Origin: a virus
Virus record (IMG/VR): IMGVR_UViG_3300041402_000217
Location: 1 to 49,399 of that record
Length of the DNA stretch: 49,399 nt
Strand: one strand, 5' to 3'
The notes under the pieces were generated by a model. It was not told where the DNA came from. It worked only from the letters and a program-made list of their open reading frames with translations, and did not search any database. Made by a program: the position numbers and the translations under genes. Shown one piece after another: positions 26,827-34,750 of this stretch; positions within the stretch are counted from its first letter, which is position 1; every line of letters begins with the position of its first letter.

Positions 26827-27281
26827 GTCTTACTCGCCCCAAAAACTGTTGTGCGTATAATATCTTGCCTTAATTTCCCCCAATCTATCCTTTTCTCTAT
26901 GTCCCGCCTACAAGACCTGAGCCATTGCATAACCTCCTTATAGCTCTTCTTGTTCAGCTTTCTAATCTCGCTGTCTTTTAGCCGTAATTCGAAACTATAC
27001 TTACTCATATTTTTGTCTCCGTCTGTTTGACGGGTTAAGTAGGCCACAAACTCGCCTTTCGGCCTAGCAGAGTTAGCAATTTTTACAAGTTTCTTGTCTT
27101 CAAATGTGCCCGCCGCATCGCTCCAGTAAATCGTCTGGCCTTGCCACCAGATAATGTCCCCGAATTGGACATTAACGCCCTTTGACGTTCTTACTTGGGT
27201 TCTGTCGCCATGGTCATAGACTGTTATCCTTGTAACTGGGCCATCATCATAAACATCAACTACTATTCCACCTACACTCAT
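26823..27281 (-). CDS. Hypothetical protein
   Basis: 152-aa ORF. Its stop overlaps the next ORF's ATG (ATGA at 26823-26826); no motif recognised. Confidence 0.5.
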   Translation of the reverse strand: MSVGGIVVDVYDDGPVTRITVYDHGDRTQVRTSKGVNVQFGDIIWWQGQTIYWSDAAGTFEDKKLVKIANSARPKGEFVAYLTRQTDGDKNMSKYSFELRLKDSEIRKLNKKSYKEVMQWLRSCRRDIEKRIDWGKLRQDIIRTTVFGASKT

Positions 27282-27384
27282 ATATTACTCACTTTTCAGT
27301 GTTAAGTTCAGGACAGGCCAAAGGACACAAGGCCCGCCCTAATATTACCTGTTTTTGTCAATGCTTACGCAAGATTCCTTGTCT

Positions 27385-27618
27385 TTATGACGAAAACAGC
27401 AAACGCCCGGATTTCTTGCCACGCCTGCGATTTGCTGTCCGCCTGTTATCCCGCCAGAAAAACATCTTTATCCTCGTTTTTAGCGGGACTAAAGCTATAT
27501 TATGAACCAAACCACAATCGCAACAAGCAAAATTCATATTCGCTACCTTTTGCCCCCTCACTCGCCGATATTCCAGAACAACAGGAATGTCTTCTTTTAT
27601 ATCAACAAAGCCACTCAT
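27385..27618 (-). CDS. Hypothetical basic protein
   Basis: 77-aa ORF with an Arg-rich C-terminus. First ORF after the long non-coding region. Confidence 0.4.
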   Translation of the reverse strand: MSGFVDIKEDIPVVLEYRRVRGQKVANMNFACCDCGLVHNIALVPLKTRIKMFFWRDNRRTANRRRGKKSGRLLFSS

Positions 27619-28121
27619 ATATTCTCACCAATCTGGTGTATTATTGCAGGACAGGCCAGCCGACAATCCGGTCTGCCCAAAGTGCCTTTTTAGCACCCGA
27701 CTTAATGGGATAAACCCATTTAATCACTATTCGTATGTAACATAGCCCTGACGGGATGAGGCTTGTATATCATGTCCCGCGTCGATGTTTGAGCAGTGAT
27801 GTGCGAACGCCTTTGTTTATCCCATTTAGGTAGGCTTGTAACTGGGTATGACACTTTGTTACATTGTCGGTCTGCCCGCTTCGTTCCATCATATTACTCG
27901 GTCTCAATATTTCTAACTATTATTTGCTTACAATGCGGTCGGCAGGATTTTAACCCGCTTGCTACTCACACCTGTACATGCTTTCGCTATGTTACACCTG
28001 GTCCGTGGCCCCTGTACAGCAGGATGCGCGTTCGATGTTAGCGTTTCACACACGCCGCAACCGCATAACTGCGACCCCCGAAAGTGCCGCAGGCTCAGTG
28101 GTTAAACCGCCGAGGATGTAA

Positions 28122-28196
28122 TGGGGCAGACTGGAATCGAACCAGCGTAGCCTCCTGATTACAAAACAGGTGCTCTCCCTGCTGAGCTACCGCCCC
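28122..28196 (-). tRNA. tRNA-Thr (anticodon UGU), non-standard length
   Basis: Hand-folded reverse complement GGGGCGG TA GCTC AGCAGGGA GAGC A CCTGT TTTGTAA TCAGG AGGCTAC GCTGG TTCGATT CCAGT CTGCCCC A. T-loop TTCGATT. About 7 nt in the variable region. No encoded CCA. Confidence 0.7.
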
Positions 28197-28443
28197 ACTC
28201 TTAGCTTTTTTCTCAATATCTCATGCTTCTGCCCTTTCAATTAAACGCGCGTTCTTTTGATTAGAACAGTTTCGTAACGTCCAATTCTAACCTATTACGT
28301 TTCAAAGTCAAGATAAATCTGAGAATTATTTCAATTTTTTCCCGGCATTTGGGCTAAGTCCCTGAAAGAGCGGAAGTTAGCATACGAAAAAATATTTAAG
28401 TTTCCTGCGCGGATCGCCGATGTTTCAAGAGAAAGGAGCAACC

Positions 28444-28632
28444 ATGAAAAAACGAGATAGAAAACTTGAACGCATCCTACTCTCAAACCTGCCTATCACA
28501 CAAGAGGAATTATCGCCCGTATTCGACGATATTGACCTCGATGAGCTTATGACGGCCTGGAATATACTGCCTGAATCCAAGATTGAGCAGGTGCTACGTT
28601 CCATTGCGCGGCTCTTGAGGACTTTTGGCTGA
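28444..28632 (+). CDS. Hypothetical acidic protein, the only convincing plus-strand gene
   Basis: ATG 28444 is preceded by AAAGGAG with a 5-nt spacer. 62 aa (MKKRDRKLERILLSNLPITQEEL...). Convergent with and overlapping the 3' end of 28594-29019. Confidence 0.5.
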   Translation: MKKRDRKLERILLSNLPITQEELSPVFDDIDLDELMTAWNILPESKIEQVLRSIARLLRTFG

Positions 28633-29019
28633 TTGAGAAGCGGGTTTTGCGACGAGTCCTTTTACGTATTTGCGGAAATTACCAGAGGCGAACGGCTCTG
28701 TTATTGTTAGATAGAAGTTATTCAGCCTGAAGAACATATTTTGCCCCGCGGGGTGGTTGTAAGTGTGTATTATAATTGTGCCGATGTTCCTCTTATTGTC
28801 TACCAGCCATTTTGCTACGGTCATTCCTGTATTATGCTCTTCGCTATCTACAAAAATTTCCCCGCCGAGGTCGTGGTCAAGAAACAGGTAATCAACTCTG
28901 CTTTCGGCCTCAATAGCGGCTATCGTCTCGTCTGCGGTGCGTGTTTGTATTATGCAAGGCAGCATAGACTTCATAAGCCTTTGCCTGTTCTCGTCGTCAT
29001 CAAGAAAAATCACTACCAT
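28594..29019 (-). CDS. Stand-alone receiver (REC/CheY-like) domain protein, cREC-like
   Basis: 141 aa. VIFLDDDENRQ ... DYLFLDHDLG ... IIIHTYN pattern of phage receiver domains. SD-like AAAGGAAA upstream. Confidence 0.55.
   Translation of the reverse strand: MVVIFLDDDENRQRLMKSMLPCIIQTRTADETIAAIEAESRVDYLFLDHDLGGEIFVDSEEHNTGMTVAKWLVDNKRNIGTIIIHTYNHPAGQNMFFRLNNFYLTITEPFASGNFRKYVKGLVAKPASQSAKSPQEPRNGT
28631..28651. repeat. Direct repeat flanking the receiver-domain gene (copy 1: GATTGAG-N3-CGGGTTTTGCG)
   Basis: Shares GATTGAG and CGGGTTTTGCG, in the same order, with 29045-29074. Confidence 0.5.
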
Positions 29020-29044
29020 TCGCTTTTCCTTTCACTGCCCGGAA

Positions 29045-29074
29045 GATTGAGCAGATAGAGCGGCGGGTTTTGCG
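29045..29074. repeat. Direct repeat flanking the receiver-domain gene (copy 2: GATTGAG-N12-CGGGTTTTGCG)
   Basis: See copy 1. Lies in the 55-nt gap upstream of the REC gene start. Confidence 0.5.
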
Positions 29075-29326
29075 CTAGGGCTCAATTTCGCCCGTTTCTA
29101 TTTTCGCCGCGATGTTGTCACCGAGCGTTTGAGCGTGTTTACACAGTGCCGCCGACTTGCCATAGGTTGTTACTTTCAGCTTGCCATCATGCGTAACGCC
29201 AATAAGCGCTACCATCGGCAGCTTGTATTTAACCGCATATGCCCCTAATTCTCTTACTTCGGGGTCGTCATTCCATGCCATATTCCAACTCACTTCCTGC
29301 CCGGTTTCGGGCGGTTCACTGACCAT
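29075..29326 (-). CDS. Hypothetical protein
   Basis: 83-aa ORF in the gene chain. Confidence 0.45.
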   Translation of the reverse strand: MVSEPPETGQEVSWNMAWNDDPEVRELGAYAVKYKLPMVALIGVTHDGKLKVTTYGKSAALCKHAQTLGDNIAAKIETGEIEP

Positions 29327-29444
29327 GATTTCCTGTTCCTGCCCACGCCGTACTTGCGGTCGTAAAACTCCTGGCCGTTATCTCGCATAAATATACCCCG
29401 TCCCGGTTAATCTTGGCTGTGTTTGGGCATTGGGCGCACTTCAT
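29316..29444 (-). CDS. Small Cys-containing (zinc-ribbon-like) protein, 42 aa
   Basis: Hand translation MKCAQCPNTAKINRDGVYLCEIT.... ATG lies 2 nt after the methyltransferase stop. Overlaps the next start by 11 nt. Confidence 0.35.
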   Translation of the reverse strand: MKCAQCPNTAKINRDGVYLCEITARSFTTASTAWAGTGNHGQ

Positions 29445-29446
29445 TC

Positions 29447-29980
29447 CTATTGCTCCGCCATAGATTTTGCCTCGACTGTGCAGATTGTGTCATTATGCCA
29501 ACTTCCGTGCGGCACAAGCAATATTTCCTCTATTTTAAATCCCAGGCCCTTTCCTATGCCGCCACTATTCCACCCGCACGTTAGTACGTGACCGCCCGGC
29601 TCAATTATGCGGGCTATTTCCTTTTTGAGCTTTGTCCAGTAAGACGATTGGGTTGTTTGCATATTTACGCTCTTGCTCATTTTTCTGTAATATTCCGACA
29701 CCTGCCGGGGAGAGTAAGGTGGGTCAAGCAACACAAGCCCACAACTTCTATCGCCAATTTGCTCCAGGAACTCGGCGGCGTCTAAGTGATACGAGGCCGG
29801 TTTGTCGGGGTCAAGGTCATTCGTTATTGTGGCATAATGATACCCGTTAGAAAAAGGGTCTACAGACACCTTGTGCGTCTTGGTCAACCGCAATACCAGC
29901 CGGTTTATAGGCTTTATTGTGAACGTGTTCTTGTTGGGCATCGCCCAAATTCTTTGAAATTGTATGATTTCGTCTTTCAT
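29447..29980 (-). CDS. DNA (N6-adenine or N4-cytosine) methyltransferase, DPPY type
   Basis: 177 aa. VDPFSNG (motif I-like) and VLLDPPYSPRQ (motif IV). No obvious target-recognition domain. Confidence 0.65.
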   Translation of the reverse strand: MKDEIIQFQRIWAMPNKNTFTIKPINRLVLRLTKTHKVSVDPFSNGYHYATITNDLDPDKPASYHLDAAEFLEQIGDRSCGLVLLDPPYSPRQVSEYYRKMSKSVNMQTTQSSYWTKLKKEIARIIEPGGHVLTCGWNSGGIGKGLGFKIEEILLVPHGSWHNDTICTVEAKSMAEQ

Positions 29981-30333
29981 TCGTCGCCTTTCTTGTGCAG
30001 TGCGGCAGGGTCATGGGCTGCCTCTTGGGTTAGGGCTTGATCGGATTCGCTTTCAAATTGCACTTCATCCCTTTCTTGCATAACAAACCAAGTTAAAAAA
30101 CCTGCTGTTATACACAAAGCCCACAAGCAATGACCTAATGTATCGAGAATCGGGACTCGATTTGCTTGTTGTTGTAACATTTTACTTATTTGCCAATCTT
30201 CCCCCTTGGGTTCGATATTTATATAAATATCCGCCTTAACTATTCGTTCTTTGTCATCTCCAGACAATTCCTGATAAGCCTTATCGACCCAAGCAGGATA
30301 CTTGGGAGCTTTCAATCCTACATGTATCGCCAT
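29977..30333 (-). CDS. Membrane protein (one TM), possible holin-like
   Basis: 118 aa. The TM segment is LGHCLWALCITAGFLTWFVM, followed by an acidic C-terminus. Confidence 0.4.
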   Translation of the reverse strand: MAIHVGLKAPKYPAWVDKAYQELSGDDKERIVKADIYINIEPKGEDWQISKMLQQQANRVPILDTLGHCLWALCITAGFLTWFVMQERDEVQFESESDQALTQEAAHDPAALHKKGDE

Positions 30334-30345
30334 CTTTCGTTACTC

Positions 30346-30498
30346 CTAAAAATAATATCTCATTATCCAATCCCGATTCTGCAACAACCATACCGTAGCA
30401 ACCACGCCTGCACAGACCAAGTATAGCACAAAAGCAAAACAAGTGTACTCTACTATCTTGGGCAATGCGCGGCTAAAGGGGGTTCCGTGACGGGTCAT
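30346..30498 (-). CDS. Small membrane protein, 50 aa
   Basis: Hand translation MTRHGTPFSRALPKIVEYTCFAFVLYLVCAGVVATVWLLQNRDWIMRYYF. ATGA overlap with the upstream stop. Its TAG lies in the SD of the next gene. Confidence 0.45.
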   Translation of the reverse strand: MTRHGTPFSRALPKIVEYTCFAFVLYLVCAGVVATVWLLQNRDWIMRYYF

Positions 30499-30701
30499 GC
30501 CATCCTTTCTCGATTATATTTATGTAGACATTTTTTGCAGAGGAATTCTGAGTAAATCATATCAACGTTCTTTTTTGCTATAGGAAAAAGCGTGTTCTTG
30601 AACCAATCAAACCTTTCTCCAGAAACCCCTATTCTTCTTCCACATACCGTTGCTAAACTATGCTCGGCTATATGTATTTTCTTCATTTTACCTCCGGTCA
30701 T
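30495..30701 (-). CDS. Hypothetical protein
   Basis: 68-aa ORF in the chain. Confidence 0.4.
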   Translation of the reverse strand: MTGGKMKKIHIAEHSLATVCGRRIGVSGERFDWFKNTLFPIAKKNVDMIYSEFLCKKCLHKYNRERMA

Positions 30702-30722
30702 GGCTTAATCACCTTATCCATG

Positions 30723-31298
30723 TCATGATCCTGTTAAATGGTTAATCTTATAGCCCTTGTCCACCAGCCAGCGAGAGAGACGCCGCGGGGATGGGCAACG
30801 GTAGTAATCAAGAATATTCCAAATCCACAAAACCCAATCGCAAATTTCTGAACATATCCATTTTGGCCCTTTGTACCACCGCCTAAGAGGACAACAAATA
30901 AAACTAACGATACACCAAGTATCGTAGCCGGGATTATTAAAAACCTCCCCGTCTAATGCGTTTATCCCATTTTCATACCTTTTCTCATCAATCTCAATCT
31001 CGATATAATCCCACCGCCCCGGATTCTTCAGCACCTGCGCCGCCGGGCGCTTGACTACACCCTTCACATCGCCACGCATTGTGCTGGTGTAGCATGTGCC
31101 CCAGTATTCATCTTCCGCACAGTCCATTTCCACCAATGCTCTTGGGGCTTGAAATCTATCGCCACATTCCGGTATCCATATCTCAGCATGAGAATAAGGC
31201 CCAGTCCCCATGTTGAACGGCCATGTCCAGCTACTTATTGCGTCATCGAGTAAATGGCCGTCCCAATCTGCTTTGTAAAATAATACTCTTATCTTCAT
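30723..31298 (-). CDS. Possible permuted papain/NlpC-P60-like hydrolase (endolysin candidate)
   Basis: 191 aa. His (YSHAEIW) precedes Cys (WICSEICDW), as in permuted NlpC/P60 folds. AGGAGA upstream. The assignment is weak. Confidence 0.3.
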   Translation of the reverse strand: MKIRVLFYKADWDGHLLDDAISSWTWPFNMGTGPYSHAEIWIPECGDRFQAPRALVEMDCAEDEYWGTCYTSTMRGDVKGVVKRPAAQVLKNPGRWDYIEIEIDEKRYENGINALDGEVFNNPGYDTWCIVSFICCPLRRWYKGPKWICSEICDWVLWIWNILDYYRCPSPRRLSRWLVDKGYKINHLTGS

Positions 31299-31372
31299 GT
31301 CATTCTCCTAAAATACAGGCGACGCCTTACGTCAATGCCAACACGTTTGAGGCACGGCGCCGCCCTTGGTTC

Positions 31373-31426
31373 TTACTTAATAAGTTTCAATTCTGCTTTC
31401 AAAACCTCGTGCAACTGCCGGTAATC
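31373..31426 (-). repeat. Duplicated copy of the HNH gene 3' end (encodes DYRQLHEVLKAELKLIK*), in frame after a TAG
   Basis: About 80 percent identical over about 45 nt to 31596-31655 (NYRQLHEILKQELKILKGQ*), including the exact 18-mer cgtgcaactgccggtaat. Confidence 0.7.
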
Positions 31427-31594
31427 CTAACTTGTTTCTTTCGATGTTATCTTTATAGTTATATCATGGCCTTGGTTATCGTCCGAATTTAACCACGCCC
31501 CATCGTCGTTGTCGGCTAATCCGCAATAACCGTACGCGTCTTTCAAGGTATTAACTGCATCTCTTTTGATTTTGTCCAACACTTCGTTCTTCAT
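31427..31594 (-). CDS. Small hypothetical protein, 55 aa, ending at an in-frame TAG
   Basis: Hand translation MKNEVLDKIKRDAVNTLKDAYGYCGLADNDDGAWLNSDDNQGHDITIKITSKETS*. ATG lies 1 nt after the HNH stop. Confidence 0.4.
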   Translation of the reverse strand: MKNEVLDKIKRDAVNTLKDAYGYCGLADNDDGAWLNSDDNQGHDITIKITSKETS

Positions 31595-31595
31595 T

Positions 31596-32021
31596 TTACT
31601 GCCCTTTCAAAATTTTAAGTTCCTGTTTCAATATTTCGTGCAACTGCCGGTAATTTGTACCCGGTGGCCACTTCTTGTCTTTGTTCTCCTGATACCACTT
31701 AAATTGTTCGAGTTTAATAGATTTTACCATCAGCCAGAATACTCTCTTTTCTTCGTCCGTGCCGTGAGCATTGTATTTGTGATTCCGGCGTTGCGGGTAT
31801 GCTCCGTGGTGGGTCAGGCATAAAACGATTATATTGTCCGGGTCAAACCGGAATAAAAACCGCGCCCGCTCAATCAGGTGGTGAACCTCCAAGCCCTTAA
31901 TCATTAAGCCGTCTTTTTTCCGGGTCGTGCCGGGCTTGCCGCATAACTCGCACTCGCAGACCTTGGCGCGTTCAATGTCGCTGAATATCTCATCGCATTT
32001 TGCCATCCATGTCTTAGCCAT
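31596..32021 (-). CDS. HNH endonuclease (NinG/HNH-like)
   Basis: 141 aa. CECELCGK...LEVHHLIERA...NIIVLCLTHH pattern. Confidence 0.65.
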   Translation of the reverse strand: MAKTWMAKCDEIFSDIERAKVCECELCGKPGTTRKKDGLMIKGLEVHHLIERARFLFRFDPDNIIVLCLTHHGAYPQRRNHKYNAHGTDEEKRVFWLMVKSIKLEQFKWYQENKDKKWPPGTNYRQLHEILKQELKILKGQ

Positions 32022-32508
32022 TGTCTTTGTCCTTTATTACTTCGCAGTGAAGAAATTCTTCGGTATTACTCCAATTTATTTTCCCCTCTGTCTCTATCGC
32101 CCACCTTGCAGCATCTTTAATCCATACAATACGACCTATTTCTTCGCCCTTTAATCCATTTGCCTCATCATTTTCCCAATGATAGTCTTCCGGCCACCAT
32201 GTTACATCATCCCCGCCTTCGCTCATCTTGCCGTCCACTGGGAACGACCCGAATATCTCGGCCTTGTTCCTGTCATTTATGCCCATGCTCATGGCAAGGG
32301 ACTGAGGGGTGACTTGATAATAAACTCCACGATGAATAGTGCCTTCTGCGTCATAAGGATTAGAACATTCCTGCTTTACTGGGAATATCATGTGTCTGTC
32401 GTGCTCCTTGGGGTCATCATCCATCCAGCCGCCCGGAAAATGTTTAAGGTATAAGTAATACCCCTCAACCACTTTGCCCTCTTTTGTTTCGCCTCGGAAT
32501 TTAATCAT
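32014..32508 (-). CDS. YopX-family protein
   Basis: Start at ATG 32508 (MIKFRG..., AGGAG 7 nt upstream, ATGA-coupled to the small upstream ORF). Pattern ...VTPQSLAMSMGINDRNKAEIFGS... Confidence 0.55.
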   Translation of the reverse strand: MIKFRGETKEGKVVEGYYLYLKHFPGGWMDDDPKEHDRHMIFPVKQECSNPYDAEGTIHRGVYYQVTPQSLAMSMGINDRNKAEIFGSFPVDGKMSEGGDDVTWWPEDYHWENDEANGLKGEEIGRIVWIKDAARWAIETEGKINWSNTEEFLHCEVIKDKDNG

Positions 32509-32624
32509 GGTCTTGCTCCTGTCTTTGCCTGTAAATACTTGCTCAATGCGCGGCGACATAATATAAGTATCCAGCCCACATAAAAAGCGATTATCGCCGC
32601 ACTAACCATTACTATCGTTTTCAT
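32505..32624 (-). CDS. Small membrane peptide, 39 aa
   Basis: Hand translation MKTIVMVSAAIIAFYVGWILILCRRALSKYLQAKTGARP. ATGA overlaps at both ends. Confidence 0.45.
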   Translation of the reverse strand: MKTIVMVSAAIIAFYVGWILILCRRALSKYLQAKTGARP

Positions 32625-32803
32625 TTTTTACTCCCCGGCCTTGAGTCTTCTTTCTTTTTACATCGCTTGCATTTGTGCTCGTCTTTGAGACGGGCAAAAA
32701 CCCACCCACCAACGGATACTACACTTCCCCTGCATAGCATAATGCCACAATCCGTAGCATACACGTCATCTTCGTTTTCACAATGTATTTTGTCTAATCT
32801 CAT
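32621..32803 (-). CDS. Small Cys-rich protein
   Basis: 60-aa ORF with a CKRC motif, in the coupled chain. Confidence 0.4.
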   Translation of the reverse strand: MRLDKIHCENEDDVYATDCGIMLCRGSVVSVGGWVFARLKDEHKCKRCKKKEDSRPGSKK

Positions 32804-32805
32804 TT

Positions 32806-33237
32806 TTACTCCTTTGCCTGTATCTCGTCAACTAACCACATATAGTCGTTATTCTTCGCCCAAGCCATCTTCTCGTCCTGTGATATTTTGGGGTCTTTCA
32901 ACCATGCCGTGTATAACCTGCGGGCGTCCGCTTTCTTGCGCTCGGCCATCTTGCCGTCAGGCTCGCTGTGCGTCTGTTCGGGGTAGTGGTCTTCCCATGC
33001 CCGTTGCTTACCTAACCACGTCTTGAAATTCTTCCATTCTGCCACCCAGCCTGTGTGCCGTGCCCGCCACGCCGCTTGATATTCTATGGCTGGCAAGAGC
33101 AAGGGCAAAACTTTACGCCAGTCCTTATGCCTGCCCTTGAACTCCTCGAACTCCGTGGCTACGGTTCTGACCGCGCCATACTTTTTGTATAGCTTGTATG
33201 CCTGGTCAAAGACTGCCATGTGATTATTTGTTTGCAT
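32806..33237 (-). CDS. Hypothetical protein
   Basis: 143-aa Trp/Lys-rich ORF. Confidence 0.5.
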   Translation of the reverse strand: MQTNNHMAVFDQAYKLYKKYGAVRTVATEFEEFKGRHKDWRKVLPLLLPAIEYQAAWRARHTGWVAEWKNFKTWLGKQRAWEDHYPEQTHSEPDGKMAERKKADARRLYTAWLKDPKISQDEKMAWAKNNDYMWLVDEIQAKE

Positions 33238-33389
33238 TAGCCCCTGCTCTTAGCGTTATTTAGCTGGACACGGGCCGCATATAGGCTCTCTACGGCGAAC
33301 TTTTTGCGGGGGTTTTTGCGCCATTCTTGCTCGACTTCAAAAACAAGAGTGGTTGCTTTTTCCAGCTTGTCTAATTGGTCTTGGGTCAT
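33237..33389 (-). CDS. Small hypothetical protein, 50 aa
   Basis: Hand translation MTQDQLDKLEKATTLVFEVEQEWRKNPRKKF.... AAAGGGA upstream. Its TAA overlaps the next ATG (TAATG). Confidence 0.4.
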   Translation of the reverse strand: MTQDQLDKLEKATTLVFEVEQEWRKNPRKKFAVESLYAARVQLNNAKSRG

Positions 33390-33428
33390 ATCGTCCCTTT
33401 CTCTATCAGTTCCGGGTTTTCGTGTATG

Positions 33429-33917
33429 TTAAAAAGTCCATTTACGGCTATTGCAATTTCGGCAAAGTGGTTGAATGTTTTCGATATAATCCGAACCGCC
33501 CTTCGAAAGCGGGATGATGTGGTCTTTCGTGAGCTTTTTTCGTTTGCCGCAAATTGCGCAACGGTGTTTATTCTTTTTTTTAAGTTCCTGCCATTCGGCG
33601 AGGGTGTGGCTTCCTTCCGCCCCCTTTTTTCTTGCATACCGCCTTGCTTTGAGAAAAGCCATTCTTTCGGGGTTTTTGTGCCTCCAGCGACGATGCGCTT
33701 CAGTAGCGCTAACCCCGCCCTTCCACGTAGGCTGTTCGTGCGGTGGCATAATTTCTTTTCGGTAAGCAGAATAACAGCCCCTGCTACAAAAATGCCGCTT
33801 TTTCTTAAGGTAGCTACTACGTGACTCCCAGAACGTTGTTTGGCAATATTCGCACTGTGCCTCAATGGCCGTGTTGTAACCACGATGTTTCGGTTTGTTT
33901 TTGTATCTGTCCGACAT
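33429..33917 (-). CDS. HNH endonuclease
   Basis: 162 aa. [40 protein letters not shown] is a canonical HNH core, with an N-terminal Zn-finger-like CEYC...CSRGC. Confidence 0.8.
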   Translation of the reverse strand: MSDRYKNKPKHRGYNTAIEAQCEYCQTTFWESRSSYLKKKRHFCSRGCYSAYRKEIMPPHEQPTWKGGVSATEAHRRWRHKNPERMAFLKARRYARKKGAEGSHTLAEWQELKKKNKHRCAICGKRKKLTKDHIIPLSKGGSDYIENIQPLCRNCNSRKWTF

Positions 33918-33929
33918 ATTTGCATTATA

Positions 33930-34358
33930 TCACATCTGGGTTTTCGTGTCAAGCAATTTTTTATGTTCGTGTATGTTGCCTATGACCTCGCCGTTTGTTT
34001 TATTGCACACATTATGCCAATACAAGTTCCGTACAGGAGTGCCTTTCTGGACTGGAAACAATGCCCAGCCAGCGACAGCCATTTTGACGACGCTTATTAT
34101 ACCAGCAGCATCTTTGTATATGTCCCTGCTGTATATCTCCTGCCCCTTCTTGTCGTGCAGGTCGGCAAAGGTCTCGATAGGCCCGATTTCCTCGGTATCC
34201 GAAAACGGCGCCTCCATCGGGTCGCTCGGCGTTTTTTCAACTATCGCCCAAGCCTTTAATACCCCGTTCTCAAAGCCCCAGCAGTAATGTTCGCTTTCTT
34301 CGCTGGAATAGGAATAACAACCAGCGTCTTCGTCCCATGACCGATATTTGTGTATCAT
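33930..34358 (-). CDS. YopX-family protein
   Basis: 142 aa. KYRSWDE... and C-terminal GEVIGNIHEHKKLL are typical of YopX. Confidence 0.6.
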   Translation of the reverse strand: MIHKYRSWDEDAGCYSYSSEESEHYCWGFENGVLKAWAIVEKTPSDPMEAPFSDTEEIGPIETFADLHDKKGQEIYSRDIYKDAAGIISVVKMAVAGWALFPVQKGTPVRNLYWHNVCNKTNGEVIGNIHEHKKLLDTKTQM

Positions 34359-34750
34359 TCTGTCCTCTCTTCCGGGGGTTCAATTGTCAGCCCCTCTTCG
34401 TGGTAATATTGCTGTAAAGTAATTCCCCTGGCCTTGGCTATCGTCCGCTCTAATAAATCACGAACGGCGGATTTGGCCTCTATCAGGCCCAGGGTTTTCA
34501 GCTGATAATCGTCCGGCCTGAGCACCTGTAACCCCAATAGCTTTCTCTTGAATAAGTCCCGCCAGTCCTCAAGAGCCTCGACTGTTGTTAAGCCCTGTAC
34601 CGTGTGAAAGGTTATCAGCCTTATCCCTACCGTCAAGCCGAGCAAACATGAATCGTATCTTGACCTGTCGTTGCTGTAAAGCCAGCTACGCCTTGCATTT
34701 ATGGCGTCTATTGCGTGCTTCTTGGCATTGCCTGTTATGGTTTGAGTCAT
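34355..34750 (-). CDS. Hypothetical protein
   Basis: Start moved to ATG 34750 (MTQTITG...), ATGA-coupled to the upstream small ORF. Confidence 0.45.
   Translation of the reverse strand: MTQTITGNAKKHAIDAINARRSWLYSNDRSRYDSCLLGLTVGIRLITFHTVQGLTTVEALEDWRDLFKRKLLGLQVLRPDDYQLKTLGLIEAKSAVRDLLERTIAKARGITLQQYYHEEGLTIEPPEERTE

Noticed and set aside
27796-28041. 81-aa plus-strand ORF in the long non-coding region
   Set aside because: Cys/Arg-rich, junk-like translation with no SD site. I treat the region as non-coding or regulatory.
31427-31429. Genome-wide TAG reassignment, suggested by the in-frame TAG before the duplicated HNH tail
   Set aside because: TAG terminates several well-delimited genes exactly where the next gene starts (10948, 11757, 12985, 29075, 29447). 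Neither tRNA is a suppressor (anticodons UGU and UUC). Standard code 11 fits.
33386-33952. 188-aa minus-strand ORF overlapping the HNH gene in another frame, plus the plus-strand ORFs 33375-33824 and 33514-33765
   Set aside because: The 162-aa frame carries a textbook HNH core ([10 protein letters not shown]...CRNCN). The alternative frames are basic, low-complexity sequences.
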